Shown here in pieces: positions 50,786-62,000 of a DNA stretch of 64,000 bases. The stretch's first letter is position 1, and each line of letters begins with the position of its first letter. This stretch comes from Orbicella franksi (Eukaryota). The position numbers and the translations under genes are program-made. The notes beneath the pieces were generated by a model. The model was not told the origin of the DNA and searched no databases. It saw only the letters and a program-made list of their open reading frames with translations. Location: the NCBI GenBank assembly GCA_964199315.1, contig OZ116699.1, positions 2,232,001 through 2,296,000 of the forward strand, read 5' to 3'.

Positions 50786-51703
50786 TTATAACTTAGATGC
50801 TCTTGAAGTCAGATGCTGTTTTAAGCAATAGTCAATAAAATCATTGACTAGTTTAAGGTATTCGTCAGGGTAATTTTTATAGTGTTGTACATGACCCGAT
50901 ATCTCCCAACACTTTGAAAACACTTTGATGTTTTTATTCTTGTGTGCTTCAATAAACACCCAGATATCCTTGTCTGGGACTAAGGGGTCTGTTTTACAGA
51001 ACAAGAATAATTCTGGACATCCCAGGGGTGAGGATATGGTTCTCGGTATTAGTTGTTTTATATCTCGATTGAATAGCCAAACTGGAGGAAAGGCCACAGC
51101 TAACCCAACCCACACAGGTATCTTAATTAGAGGATTTGGGATTACTTCCAATATTGTCGACTGAACTCCTTTCAGACTGTGCATGCCTGGAAAGTGAGGA
51201 CAGCTGTCAAATATACATCCCATGACTTGAATGGAATTGAAATGCCACTGCCCTGGGGTGGATATTGCTTGATTTAAGAAGTAAAATACATTGAATCCTC
51301 CCATGCTAAAGGAATAAAGGATGAATGGTCGGTTTTGCTGAGATTTCATTTCTACAAGTATATCCAACAATGCCATGCTAATTTCCTTGACCCTGTTCAA
51401 ACGCATGAAAGTGTTAAATGGGTTAGCAGGTATTCTCACAGTATCAAAACCCTTTTGTTCAAAGATTTCGCTGTATTTTGCCAGATGTTTATCTTGTGCA
51501 CTGTTCCAGCCAAGCAGAGCTACAACTGGGCTTGTACTTGCATTTTCTGTTCCAGCTCTTGTGACAACAGCGCCAATCTTTTTGCACTTCGCTTGAAAGT
51601 TGGCAGATTCACTCATTGCTGTCCTGTGCGGTACTGATGCAAACTGACGACACAAATGATGAAGTACAAAGAATTTCTTGGTACTGAGTGATACAAGTGT
51701 CAT
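50786..51703 (-). CDS. TMEM53: TMEM53-like (DUF829 alpha/beta-hydrolase fold) protein, 305 aa, single coding exon
   Basis: VVALLGW..AQDKHLAKYS, FSMGG elbow, IFDSCP, ELFLFCKTDPLV and SGHVQH motifs. First ATG at 51703, with an in-frame TAA at 51718-51716 upstream. Confidence 0.8.
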   Translation of the reverse strand: MTLVSLSTKKFFVLHHLCRQFASVPHRTAMSESANFQAKCKKIGAVVTRAGTENASTSPVVALLGWNSAQDKHLAKYSEIFEQKGFDTVRIPANPFNTFMRLNRVKEISMALLDILVEMKSQQNRPFILYSFSMGGFNVFYFLNQAISTPGQWHFNSIQVMGCIFDSCPHFPGMHSLKGVQSTILEVIPNPLIKIPVWVGLAVAFPPVWLFNRDIKQLIPRTISSPLGCPELFLFCKTDPLVPDKDIWVFIEAHKNKNIKVFSKCWEISGHVQHYKNYPDEYLKLVNDFIDYCLKQHLTSRASKL

Positions 51704-52187
51704 AGCTACCACAGGTTATCTTTCAGACACATGGAATATGCTTTTCACCTGAAAAAAATAAATTATAGAAACAATAACAGGTTTTATTTAAAAAAAAAAA
51801 TGCTTAAATAAGCTTAAAACTAAGCTTATATTGAAAATGTATATTTTAATATAACCTCCTGTTTGAGGGGGAGAGGTTAGTAGCTTATCTAAGCGGCATA
51901 TTTAAAAATAATAGTTATAAAAATGCTTCAAAAAGTTAAATAAGGGGAAATTCTTTTAAGGCTAGCAGTCATGTTTAAAACATCTTCTCAGTTTCATCGT
52001 TAAGCTAGTAATATTTTTGCTGTACGGTAATATTTGCCCGGGTATTTGGCATAGCCTTCATAAGCTTTCTATAGATCCCTAATCACTTTTTCACTCTCTT
52101 GCTTTTTATAACTTGCATAAATTGTAAAAAAAATATATGGAGGAAATGGAAAAGAAAGTCGCACGAACTTATTGAAAATGAAATTAC

Positions 52188-52381
52188 CTCTAGCCCGACC
52201 GCTCCAGGCCGCTGTGGCCACTATGGCCGCTATCTTGTTTTAATCTGAGCCTGCGACTGTTTTGCACATGCACTGGTTACCGAGCGCTTGACGTCACGAC
52301 AAACAAAGTCTTTGGGAATCAACATGGCTCAGATTTTCAGATGAAGTTCAAACCAGTCATTGCTGCTTAGAGACCAACGAA
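52188..52381. promoter_or_regulatory. Putative bidirectional promoter and 5' UTR region between TMEM53-like and RAB28, with a CRE palindrome TGACGTCA at 52289-52296
   Basis: Head-to-head genes; minus-strand donor GAG|GTAATT at 52188/52187 and acceptor TTTTTTTCAG at 51749 define a 439-nt 5' UTR intron; locally GC-richer. Confidence 0.55.
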
Positions 52382-55300
52382 ATGTCTGACTCAGACGACG
52401 AAACGCCGACAGACCATCAGCTTAAGTTTGTTGTTTTAGGGGATGGTGCATCGGGAAAAGTAAGTTTTGTAGATGAGCTGCGTACTGAAGGCCCTTCGGT
52501 TTGATAGAGTCGTACAGTCGGTGTCGAAAAACGACCGTCCATAAATTTTTTCCGCTCTAATCGTGATACCTATTCATTTTTTAGACATCGATATGTGTGA
52601 GGTATTCACAGGAGAACTTCGACAAAGCCTACAAGCAAACGTTGGGGCTAGACTTCTTTTTGGCGAGAATAGTTTTACCAGGTTTGTATCGTGTTACAAA
52701 TTTGAAGTCTTGTTGATGCCCTGAAATTGAAAGTTAACAGCTGGATCTTGTGTGTATGTATGTAAGCTTGTGTATCACATACGATTCGTTTATATTTGTT
52801 TTAGGAAATGTTCATGTGACGTTACAAGTATGGGACATCGGAGGACAAACTCTCGGTGGCAAAATGTTAGACAAATATATTTTTGGCGCTCATGTAAGTG
52901 TCAATGCTTTCAGATACATTGACGATAATTTAAGCTTAATTGATTGTCAGCAATATTTTATTTTTGAGTGAGTATATTCATAATCAGCCACGATGAATTT
53001 GAAACACCGTCTTCCAGTTGTATGTAAACTTTATTGAAATTCCATCTTTCTTTATGTACAATTAACATGATGTGATTTTGATATTGCAAATTGCTCTCAA
53101 GAGAGGCACTTTTCTGCTCAAAGGCATCCAATTACTGGGAATCCAGCAAAAATGCTCTGTTCCCAGCTGTGTAATAGATCGATAAATGCTATTTATTGAA
53201 CAAATCATTGTCAAGTGGATAATGTAATTTATCCTCTTGAGGTTGATTTATCCATAGCAGTGGACAAAGAAAAAAATCACCATCCCTCTGAACAACCAGC
53301 CCTGACTGGGGTCACTGTGTTGTACTATAAGGCAAGACAAGTAACTCTCACAGTGCCTCTCTTCACCCAGGTGTATGAATGGGTACGGGCAAAATTTATA
53401 CTTGGGGTTACCCTTGCATTAGACTTGCAGCCCATCCAGGGAGGAGATACTCCTAATCATTTAATGCTACAAAAATTGGAATAAGCTCTGGCACTATGGG
53501 GCTCTAGTCTGATAAAGACTTTAATCTAACCCTGTGCTTTTACCCCTAACAAACTACTAAATTTTCCTCTTTAGTATGTATAAGCAAAACTCCATGTAAT
53601 GCTCAGGTTATATTCGCCAACATACTACGGTGGTCTGCCTAGGAGGTCATACCCAGTGTGAGGCTGATTTACACACATTGCATGCATCAGGCTGATCTCT
53701 CTTGTTGTATATGGTATTCTGTTGCAGGCTGTCTTACTAGTTTATGATGTCACTAACCAGAGCAGTTTTGATAACCTTGAAGACTGGTATGACACAGTGA
53801 AAAAGCTTTGTGAAAAAGATGGCTCTAGATTACCTCATATAGCACTTGTAGCAAATAAAGGTAAGTTTCAGACTCTAATAGCAGATAATTTGCCATGGAA
53901 TCTGTAAGTAATTGGTCACCAATAGACCATCACATTTTGCTGTATGTAAGAGTCAAGACTGTGTTAAATGGGTTCTTAAAGAATTAAAATATTGTTCAAG
54001 GATCTTTTGTTTCAGCCAGAAGGAAGTTAGTCAGGCATGAAAATAATTATTGGTTCTATTACTGACTTGGTCATAAACAGGGTTCCAGATAAGTTTTCAA
54101 GGCAGGGTACCAATAAGAAATTCCAAAGCGTAAATTCCCACTGTTCGCACCAAATCATTATAAATGTCCTATTAATTTGTCAGGTCATGTAGCTGACCTT
54201 GTTGGGTTTTTGACCTGAGACCCCTTGCTTATCTGGAACACTGCATAAGGTCGGTTTTGTCAATCCTGTATCTGTTGGCCAAAAAGTCAAGATAGTTAAA
54301 ACAGAGAGTTGTGTGTTATTAAATTGTGAGCATTAGTAGTGACTAGTAAGAATTGTTTGTAGTATCCTAAGAAATTGAACCATTTGTCCCTTTTCTGAAT
54401 TCTTTTAGTTGATTTGGAACATCAAAGAGTGGTACGGTCTGATAAGCATGGGAAATTTGCCCAAGAACATGGAATGTCCAGGTAAAAGTTTAGAACACAT
54501 TGTCCCAATACTTTTCAGGGACATGTTTTAGACGTCGCTTAAGACCATGCATGGGTCTCAAGCACTATGAAGATAAATTTGTTTGACACTGAAAATTTGT
54601 TTTAAGCTTTGCTTTGATCCTAACTATCATTTCCTTTACCTTGCTGGAATATTGTCAAGTTGTTTTGTTTACTGGGATTATCACTTTATTTCCCTTTCAG
54701 TTATTATGTGTCGGCAAAGACAGCAGACCAGGTAAGTTGACATAGATTATTACATAATTTATTACAAGTTGTAACATGTTTTTGAATAAAATGTACCATA
54801 ATCCATTGTAAACCTAAATAATTATCTAGACTTTTTTGCTTACGTTGCATTTAGTATTACCACTGACAGTAGCATATGCATACATTTATACATGTACTGT
54901 AGTGTCTTAAGTGTCAGCAACAATCAGAAAGTACAGTTTCTAACAACAGCAAATTAAGTTAATTATTATATAAATTATGTTTAATGATACTAATCTTAGT
55001 GAATTTACCTGCCATGTTTAGATCAGCCTTTGCTTCCAAAAAATAGCAGCAGAAATATTGGGAATACGATTAACAAAGAATGAAATGGAGCAACAATCTG
55101 TATCCTTTGCTAACAATGTTCTGCAACTTCTAAACAAATACAGTAACTGTATTATGATGTAATGGTATCTGGTATGTTGTGCAATCAGAGCTCAGATGAT
55201 ACCTAATGGTATTATGAATAAAGGAATACTCATAGGCCACTAGGCAAAGATTACATCAAATAATTGGAATCCTTTCTTTCAACTTTTTGATATCTTATGT

Positions 55301-55562
55301 ACAGACACAGCTAACAGACTGTTGAAGCATGACTAAAATTCTCGTCACAGCATTATGGTTTTAGTAAACAGATATGAGAATTCATATTTTTTTAGTTTGG
55401 GTTTGGGATTTGGTAGTCAAGAAATGTTTGATGTTTTTCCTTGACCATCTTTCTAATATGAAGAGAGTCATCAAAGCTGACATCATTCAATATAGCAATC
55501 ATGAAATGCCATCAAGAGCTGCACCTACACAAACCAAAAGCTCATTCTGCTCACTTCAGTGA
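52382..55562 (+). CDS. RAB28: Rab28 small GTPase (225 aa); exons 52382-52459, 52585-52681, 52805-52893, 53728-53860, 54409-54481, 54701-54731, 55022-55099, 55464-55562
   Basis: [54 protein letters not shown] and a C-terminal CAAX (CSLQ) all match Rab28. The 678-nt spliced frame is phase-consistent. Confidence 0.95.
53297..53525 (+). mobile_element. SINE-like element in RAB28 intron 3
   Basis: CTCTCACAGTGCCTCTCTTCACCCAGGTGTATGAATGGGTAC..CCCATCCAGGGAGG core is shared with the fragments at 20530, 17185 and 22490. Confidence 0.6.
54078..54243. mobile_element. hAT-like MITE in RAB28 intron 4
   Basis: CAGGGTTCCAGATAAG...CTTATCTGGAACACTG (16-bp TIR, 1 mismatch); no clean 8-bp TSD. Confidence 0.55.
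55100..55463 (+). other. U12-type (minor spliceosome) GT-AG intron, last intron of RAB28
   Basis: 5' site GTATCCTTT; branch-point TTCCTTGAC at 55437-55445, ~19 nt before the AG; weak polypyrimidine tract. Confidence 0.85.
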
Positions 55563-57699
55563 TGATAAATCCAATGCCAGAAGATGTCTCAATTATTTGT
55601 GGATTGCTTCTTTACTGGCTGCTAAAGACAACTCAGTTCCTGTATTATTCTGTTCCTTTACAGTACTGTATTTTCTTGCTGGTTCTTAACTGAGCAAGTA
55701 CAGTTCTTTACTAACATGTACATGTATAAAGCCCCAAGAGTCACCCTCATTCATGTATATTTAGTTCAGGCAGAATCATGCTAAAGCAAGTTTCAAAACT
55801 CAAGTGTCTTGAAACATTGTATAATTATTGAAAGTAAATTTCTTCCAGCTAGAACCACAAGAAATGACGGAGGTTACTAAGAAGATTGGAAATGTTAATG
55901 TTGGGGCTACATGTTATAAACTGTAGTTTAGCTTTCAAGGTAGTAGATTTTCTCTTTGAATGCTGCTTTGCTATTGTTGTTGGCATCCATCTGTCCATAG
56001 ACTATGAAGTAGTACCGCAAGAGGTCGTGTATGTGCATATGTACATGTATGGGTATAATTTGATCAATTGTTTGGCTGTAAAGTTCTCTAGACCCAGCCT
56101 GGATTTGCAATCTCTGCTGCAGCCCAAGCATATGAAGACAGATGCCTGTTGTGGATCTGAGTGGTCCTGTTCATTGCAGGCTATTTTCTTGGCCTGAATG
56201 GCAGCCTCCCTTCTTCTCAGTCCCTTACTATTGCTATTATTATAATTATTACAATAAGGAGCATCAAGAGACAAAAAGTAAATGCTCCCCTTGGTAACAA
56301 TCAGCTGTCAGCTTTAGGAGCTATCAATTAATGGTTATAAATATTTAAGTAGAGGTGAAGACATATTATAAGTTATTTTAAAGAAACACCTTAGCCTTCC
56401 AGGCCATGGGTGTGTGTCCTGCAGGTTTCAAGGGGTGAAAAACAAGTCCAGAAGTACCATTTTCAAACTTGTTTCAGAATGACATGATGTAGATTATATA
56501 CTGCAGGTGGTACCCTGATTTCACCATGTATAGCTAGCTGGTTTGGAGAGACATTGTACATTAATCCCTGGCCAGAACTTGGAGAAGGGAACTTGAATTG
56601 ATCCTGTGTGATTGGACACCCTTCCCAGCATGTGGTCTGAGCCAATCCTATGTTCCCAGCCTCAAAACCAACCCCATTGCTTACAAATACCAAGTGCTGA
56701 ATTGAGCACAAGCCTAATCTGTCTTAAGACGCTGACTCCATTTTGACTTGAGTTTGTTGAGGTCATGGGATTTACCCCCAAACACTTTGTTCTCTATCCA
56801 TTAATGAGGGGATTCTTTAGAGTGGTAGAAAGAACCTTTAAAGATGATTTCCAGTCCGTACTGTACACTCTCAAGAGTTTGTGTACGTTTTTTGTTTTAT
56901 TTCATGTGTGATGTCACAAAATGTGAACATTTTGCAACTACTTACATGAAGTAAATTCAAAGTTTCATGTCAACGGCCATTATGGACAGGTATCCACGCA
57001 AAGCTTTATGTTCCGTTCTTTCTCGTATCACTTGATGAAACAACTTTGCAGCTGTAAAAACAATGAAGCAATTGGAAAACAAATTTGAAAGTCCTCAAAG
57101 ATAAGGTATGTGGTTTGTATCAAATAACATAGATTCACATTCTAATGAGTGAGGTTTTTTATGTTATAAACATTAGGGTGCTGAGACTGCACAGTATGGA
57201 CTGGAAATCATCTTTAATTTCTGCATTGTTTTTACTTGTATACAAAATGGCAGTCATTCACAAGTTTTATACTTTACAAACTATAGTGAGGACACTAATC
57301 GTATCTATATCAAAATTCTCAACTGTGACTGGTTCTCTGCATGCCTATTTGTCACATAATCAGTACACAATCACGTGGGTGTCTAGCCTGCAGTGCGGAC
57401 ATTATTTTGGAACATAATCCCTTCCTAGACCAGGTTTTCGATGCCACCATCTTGGATAGTAATTGGTTGCTTGACCAGCAAAGGTGTCCCATTAAAAGTA
57501 TCCATTTTCAACTTTTTGTAATAGGATACCTGTAATTGGATACCTACACCATTCGCTTGTCAGTTACACAAAATTTAATGGCTTCCTTCTAATGTTCCCT
57601 TATAGGTTTTACAGTTAGGGAAAACACTACCCACATTTTTGCTCAAAAGAAGTTCTCAAAAGACCTTTTTTTAATCTTGGAATTTGTTAGATATGATTA

Positions 57700-57836
57700 A
57701 GTAGTAATTGGTTCTCGTGAGGTACAGTTCGACAGAAATTGTGCTTATAATTTCAAATCGGCCTCTGCTCGCCCAGTTTTGAAATTACTTGTATAAGAAG
57801 TCCCTGAATTGTACTCCACTGGGTCCAATTACTATT
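57700..57836. mobile_element. Palindromic MITE-like repeat
   Basis: AGTAGTAATTGG pairs with CCAATTACTATT; internal AATTTCAAA / TTTGAAATT symmetry. Confidence 0.5.
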
Positions 57837-59034
57837 ACTAATTGTAAATCTTTTACTTCATTAGTTTTTCAAGTTCTGAAAAGTTACTTACATTTTCTAC
57901 GGTATGTTTAGGATTGGGCTTCATATTACATGCAGTTTTTTCTCTTTCCTTTTTATAACTAATTTTTTGTTAGTGAAAAGGAGGGATAAAACATTTGCTC
58001 TTCACATCACAAGGCAACGAAACTGAAGTAACTCTAGTGGCATAATCTGTATGAAATTAATCAAAATAATGGTAGTTGATCTTTTGTACTCTCTTAAACT
58101 CTTTGTACCTAAAATGCATGTTTTGTTCTTTTAGACTGTATCACATAAAAGAAAACAATGGTATTTTTATCATGCATATAATCATATGCACATTGAATTT
58201 AATGATAAATGTTTAATTGTACATTTTCATTTGGTAAATTATGCTACTCCATTCCTGTATATTTTGTACAGTGACAATTAGTAAAATGAGATTTCACTGA
58301 TGTTTGTTTTCCATGCTTGGTCTCCCATACACAGCAGTCAAAGAACTTTGAATTCATATATTATGGACACCAAGTGGGTGACCCCAGAGTACGTTCTGTG
58401 GACAAATCCTGCCAGATTCTCTGGGATAATACCATAACACCAAAGTGTTTATTATCTAATGATGGTAAATAAGTGTTTCAAAAAACTCCCAGGTTACTCT
58501 CAGTTTTTCTGTGTAGTCTCTCTGCATTGGGAAATAGAAGTTCTAAATGCGGTAAAATCAAAATGAAAATTTTTTGCCAGTCTGGGGAGGCGTTAGGTTA
58601 GATATGGGTATAGGATTTGAAGATCCAAATAGAGCATTTCCACTCAGCCAACCCCCCCCCCCCCCCTGCCACTCACCTCCCCGCCTCCAACTCCTTCCTG
58701 CTGCAAAAAAGCAACCAGTCAGATGACAAGATAACAGACCTTTATTTTTCCATTGTAAATCCACCAGGTTTACAGAAACTACACGTGTACACGCTTTTGA
58801 GTCTGGTTTGCCTTACTTCTTAGTCAAAGATGAAAAAAGTTGCTCAAGGTTCATGTCGCCTGCCACTGAGGTCATTTTATGAATTCGGAGCCTCATACAC
58901 AGTTTCTCTAGTTTTAATGTGTTGAGTGGTTTTCAAGTAACTGTCAAATGTAGTAATACTTAGTGACACCCTGAGCGAATTGAGGGAAGAGAAATTCCAT
59001 CTGCTCTCCAAACGTGGCAAGAGAAATAGCGAGA

Positions 59035-62000
59035 CTAAATGGGATCATCCCGGCTTCGTTTACGAGGCAGGAACACTTCTCTAGTGCCTTCACTACTTGG
59101 CGAATAGCAACGAGTTCGTTTAATCTGTCTTTGAGATCGTGTACTCCTAGATTCTCTGGAATCACTGCCACTTCTTTCAGCTGCAGTACTACCATCTTCT
59201 CGATGATGTGTTCTAGAACGCCTGATCTGGCTATCAGAATTACTAGACGTTCGCTTATCGTCCTTGCGAGGTCGACCTCTTCTGCGAGGCTTATCGAGAC
59301 CTAATTCACTCTGTTGCCCTTTGACAATCTCAGGGCGTGGTTTTCTATTTCTTTTCTCTCCATGCCTTCGTTTACGGGAGGAATCTCGGCTTTCTTTTCT
59401 ACTGGCTTCATTCTCTGAGATTTCGCTTTCACCTTCTTTCGTACTTCTGCGTGAGCTAATTCTTGTAGAACGACGCCTTGGCATTGTATTGGAATCCTGC
59501 TCGCTTTGAAGCAAGTTTGCTTGTTCTTTTTCTCCGTCTGTGTGTTTTTCGCGCTCCTCTGGTTCGTCGACTTCTTGCGTTCCATCATCTTCATCATAAG
59601 ACTCACTCCCCGAACTGATCTCCCCATCAAATGATGACAAGTCGCTAGTGTGAACAGATGACACCTCGGAAATGTCCGATTCACCATCGGAATATTCACC
59701 AGTTGAAGACACCTGACCCAAGTCTTCTCGTGCCATAGAGGAAGCCACTGAGCTTGGCTTTTCGAGACCAGACTCGCTTTTCACAAGGTTTTCTTTCTGT
59801 TGGGACTGGAGTTCTTGGCTTTCATCAGGCAAAGAGTGCCTCGATAACGTATCACTCGGGGTGATTAACTCAAGACTTCCTAACTTGGCGTGTGATGGTG
59901 ACTCTTCAATAGCTTTTTCAGTGGTATCTAGAGCAGTTGGAAGATCAGTCGCCTTCTTTCCACTGTGTCCTGAAGCACTGCTTTGTGTAACCTCGTCGCT
60001 TTCAGCTGCACTTTTTTCTTCACCTGTGGTATCTAATGTCATATCCACTCTTTCTGCTGGTTCCATCACTGGCTCCAATCTTTCAACGTTTTCTTGCATT
60101 TTGTTTTCATTTTGTGATAGGACTGCCCCATCAACACCAGGCTTCACGACATTTCCGCTCTGTCCTTCAGGTATTTCTTCAACCATCTTTGTTGTCTGAA
60201 CGCTATCATTTCTTTGAGCTCCCGTGTCGAGTTTTGGGACTTCATCCAACAGAATCTTCTCGTGCTCTTGTTTAATACAGTCATCTAAAACCTTCATCTC
60301 TGATCCAGCTTTTACTTCCTCTTTCTGTTGATGTGGTAGATTCTTACTTAAATTTGTTTGTTCTTTTCTTTCAAATGTCTCGGCCTTTTCCTCTTTTACT
60401 TTGACCTCTGCCTCCCAAGTGACAGCACATTCACTTTCATTCATTTTCTCAGTCTTCTCTTCCAAAACCATTTTCTCAGCTGCTGGTAAGAGATGAACTG
60501 GATTCAAGTTTTCATTCTTCTCTGCATATAAGCTGGCAATGTCACCTTGATTTTTCAAACTGTTTCTGTTCTCCACCATGGACGGCGCACAATTCTCACC
60601 AAGGCTGGTGCTTTCCACTTTCACTCTGGTTGTCTTGCTCATTTTGAGGCTGCTGTCTTCTACATGTACTTTCGGAGAATTGCGACCATCATCTCGACTC
60701 AAACTTTCTGCTTTTACTCTAGAGGTCTTACTCTTTCCTTCTTTAGCTCTGCTGCTGTCGTCTGCTTGGAGCCTTTCATTGACAGGGCTCCCAGTTCTAG
60801 TCTCCTCGCCTCGTCCTGCAAGTGACAAAGACTTCCCTTGCACTGAGTTAGACTTCTTCACTGCCTGAAAGCCTTTTGAACCACTCTTTGTACTTTCTTG
60901 AGCCCCCAACTTCTTGTCAGCAGCCTCCGTTGTCTTAGCAACAGTAGCTGGTGGACCTGGAATTGGAATAAGCTGGCTTATGTCGGATATAACATCGTGC
61001 TTTGCATCAGAACTCGATGATTTACTGTCCTCTTTCTCATCCAATGTCTTATGTTTGCGATTTTGTTTCTCTTGAGCTTGTGGATGTTGTTTTGTGTAAA
61101 TATAGTTCTGTACAACACCTTCAATACGGGTCTGAAACACCTTTGCCTTGCTATCCAAGGCCTGTGCGATAAGTTGTTTGATGCCTCGCTCCAGCACTTC
61201 TGATCTGAAAAGGAATTTCAACAAAGTGATGAGATGAGTGTTATTTTAAACACTTCCTGAAACACTACACTAGTCACAAGTAATTAAGTACAGTGTAAGT
61301 TAGATCCTTTATTTAAACACGTTGTGTGTAACTATATACCTAATCTAACTGAAAATTAACCTACAAGTGTAAGTGGATAAAATATGCATAATCAGATTTG
61401 AAAGTAAAACCAATACAATGTACAATATACTTTCATAATTTAAAATAATTTAAAATTCAAAATCAGACATCTTCTTTGCTACCGGCTATGCGGGTAATCT
61501 GTTAAATCTGATTTCCCTACATGTGGGATCAGATTCCATCTTTCTATAAAATTGCTTAAAGCTACAAGAGTTATTACAGCCAAAGTCAGAAAACCGTGAA
61601 CGCCTAAAAAATGTCTGGAATGTTCATTGTGTTATTACCAATCACAAACGAGATCTTCATTCACAAAAACCACAGAAACAGATGAGTTGCCATTGGTCAC
61701 GGAACAAATTTGTTTCGTTTCAAAGGTTTCAAAATAAATCCTCTATTTCGGTTATACAGGGTTTGCACAACTGGTGGCTGTTAAATCACTCAAGCATGAA
61801 CTATCCAGATCAGTGCTTTCACTATTTCATTTCGGTATTTTGATAACATCGAAAAGGTATGAGTAATACTGATGAAAATGGAAGTCTTCCATTACATTTT
61901 TGTAATATGTGAATCAAGTGCAAATTTATTTGGGAAGGAACAGCAGAAAATTGAGGTGAGTCACTAGTTTAACCAAAGATGATACCACTGATTCATCCTT

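Noticed and set aside
55563-59034. Possible NK3 homeobox or alternative RAB28 last exon between RAB28 and BOD1L1-like
   Set aside because: No homeodomain motif or second CAAX-ending exon was recognisable; small exons cannot be excluded by eye.
59014-60868. Plus-strand and alternate-frame ORFs overlapping the large BOD1L1-like exon
   Set aside because: Shadow ORFs of a low-complexity coding exon.
61205-61224. ORF-track start (TTG, 61224) of the 729-aa ORF
   Set aside because: It lies in the intron's polypyrimidine tract; the exon starts at 61204 and splices in frame to two upstream BOD1-domain exons.
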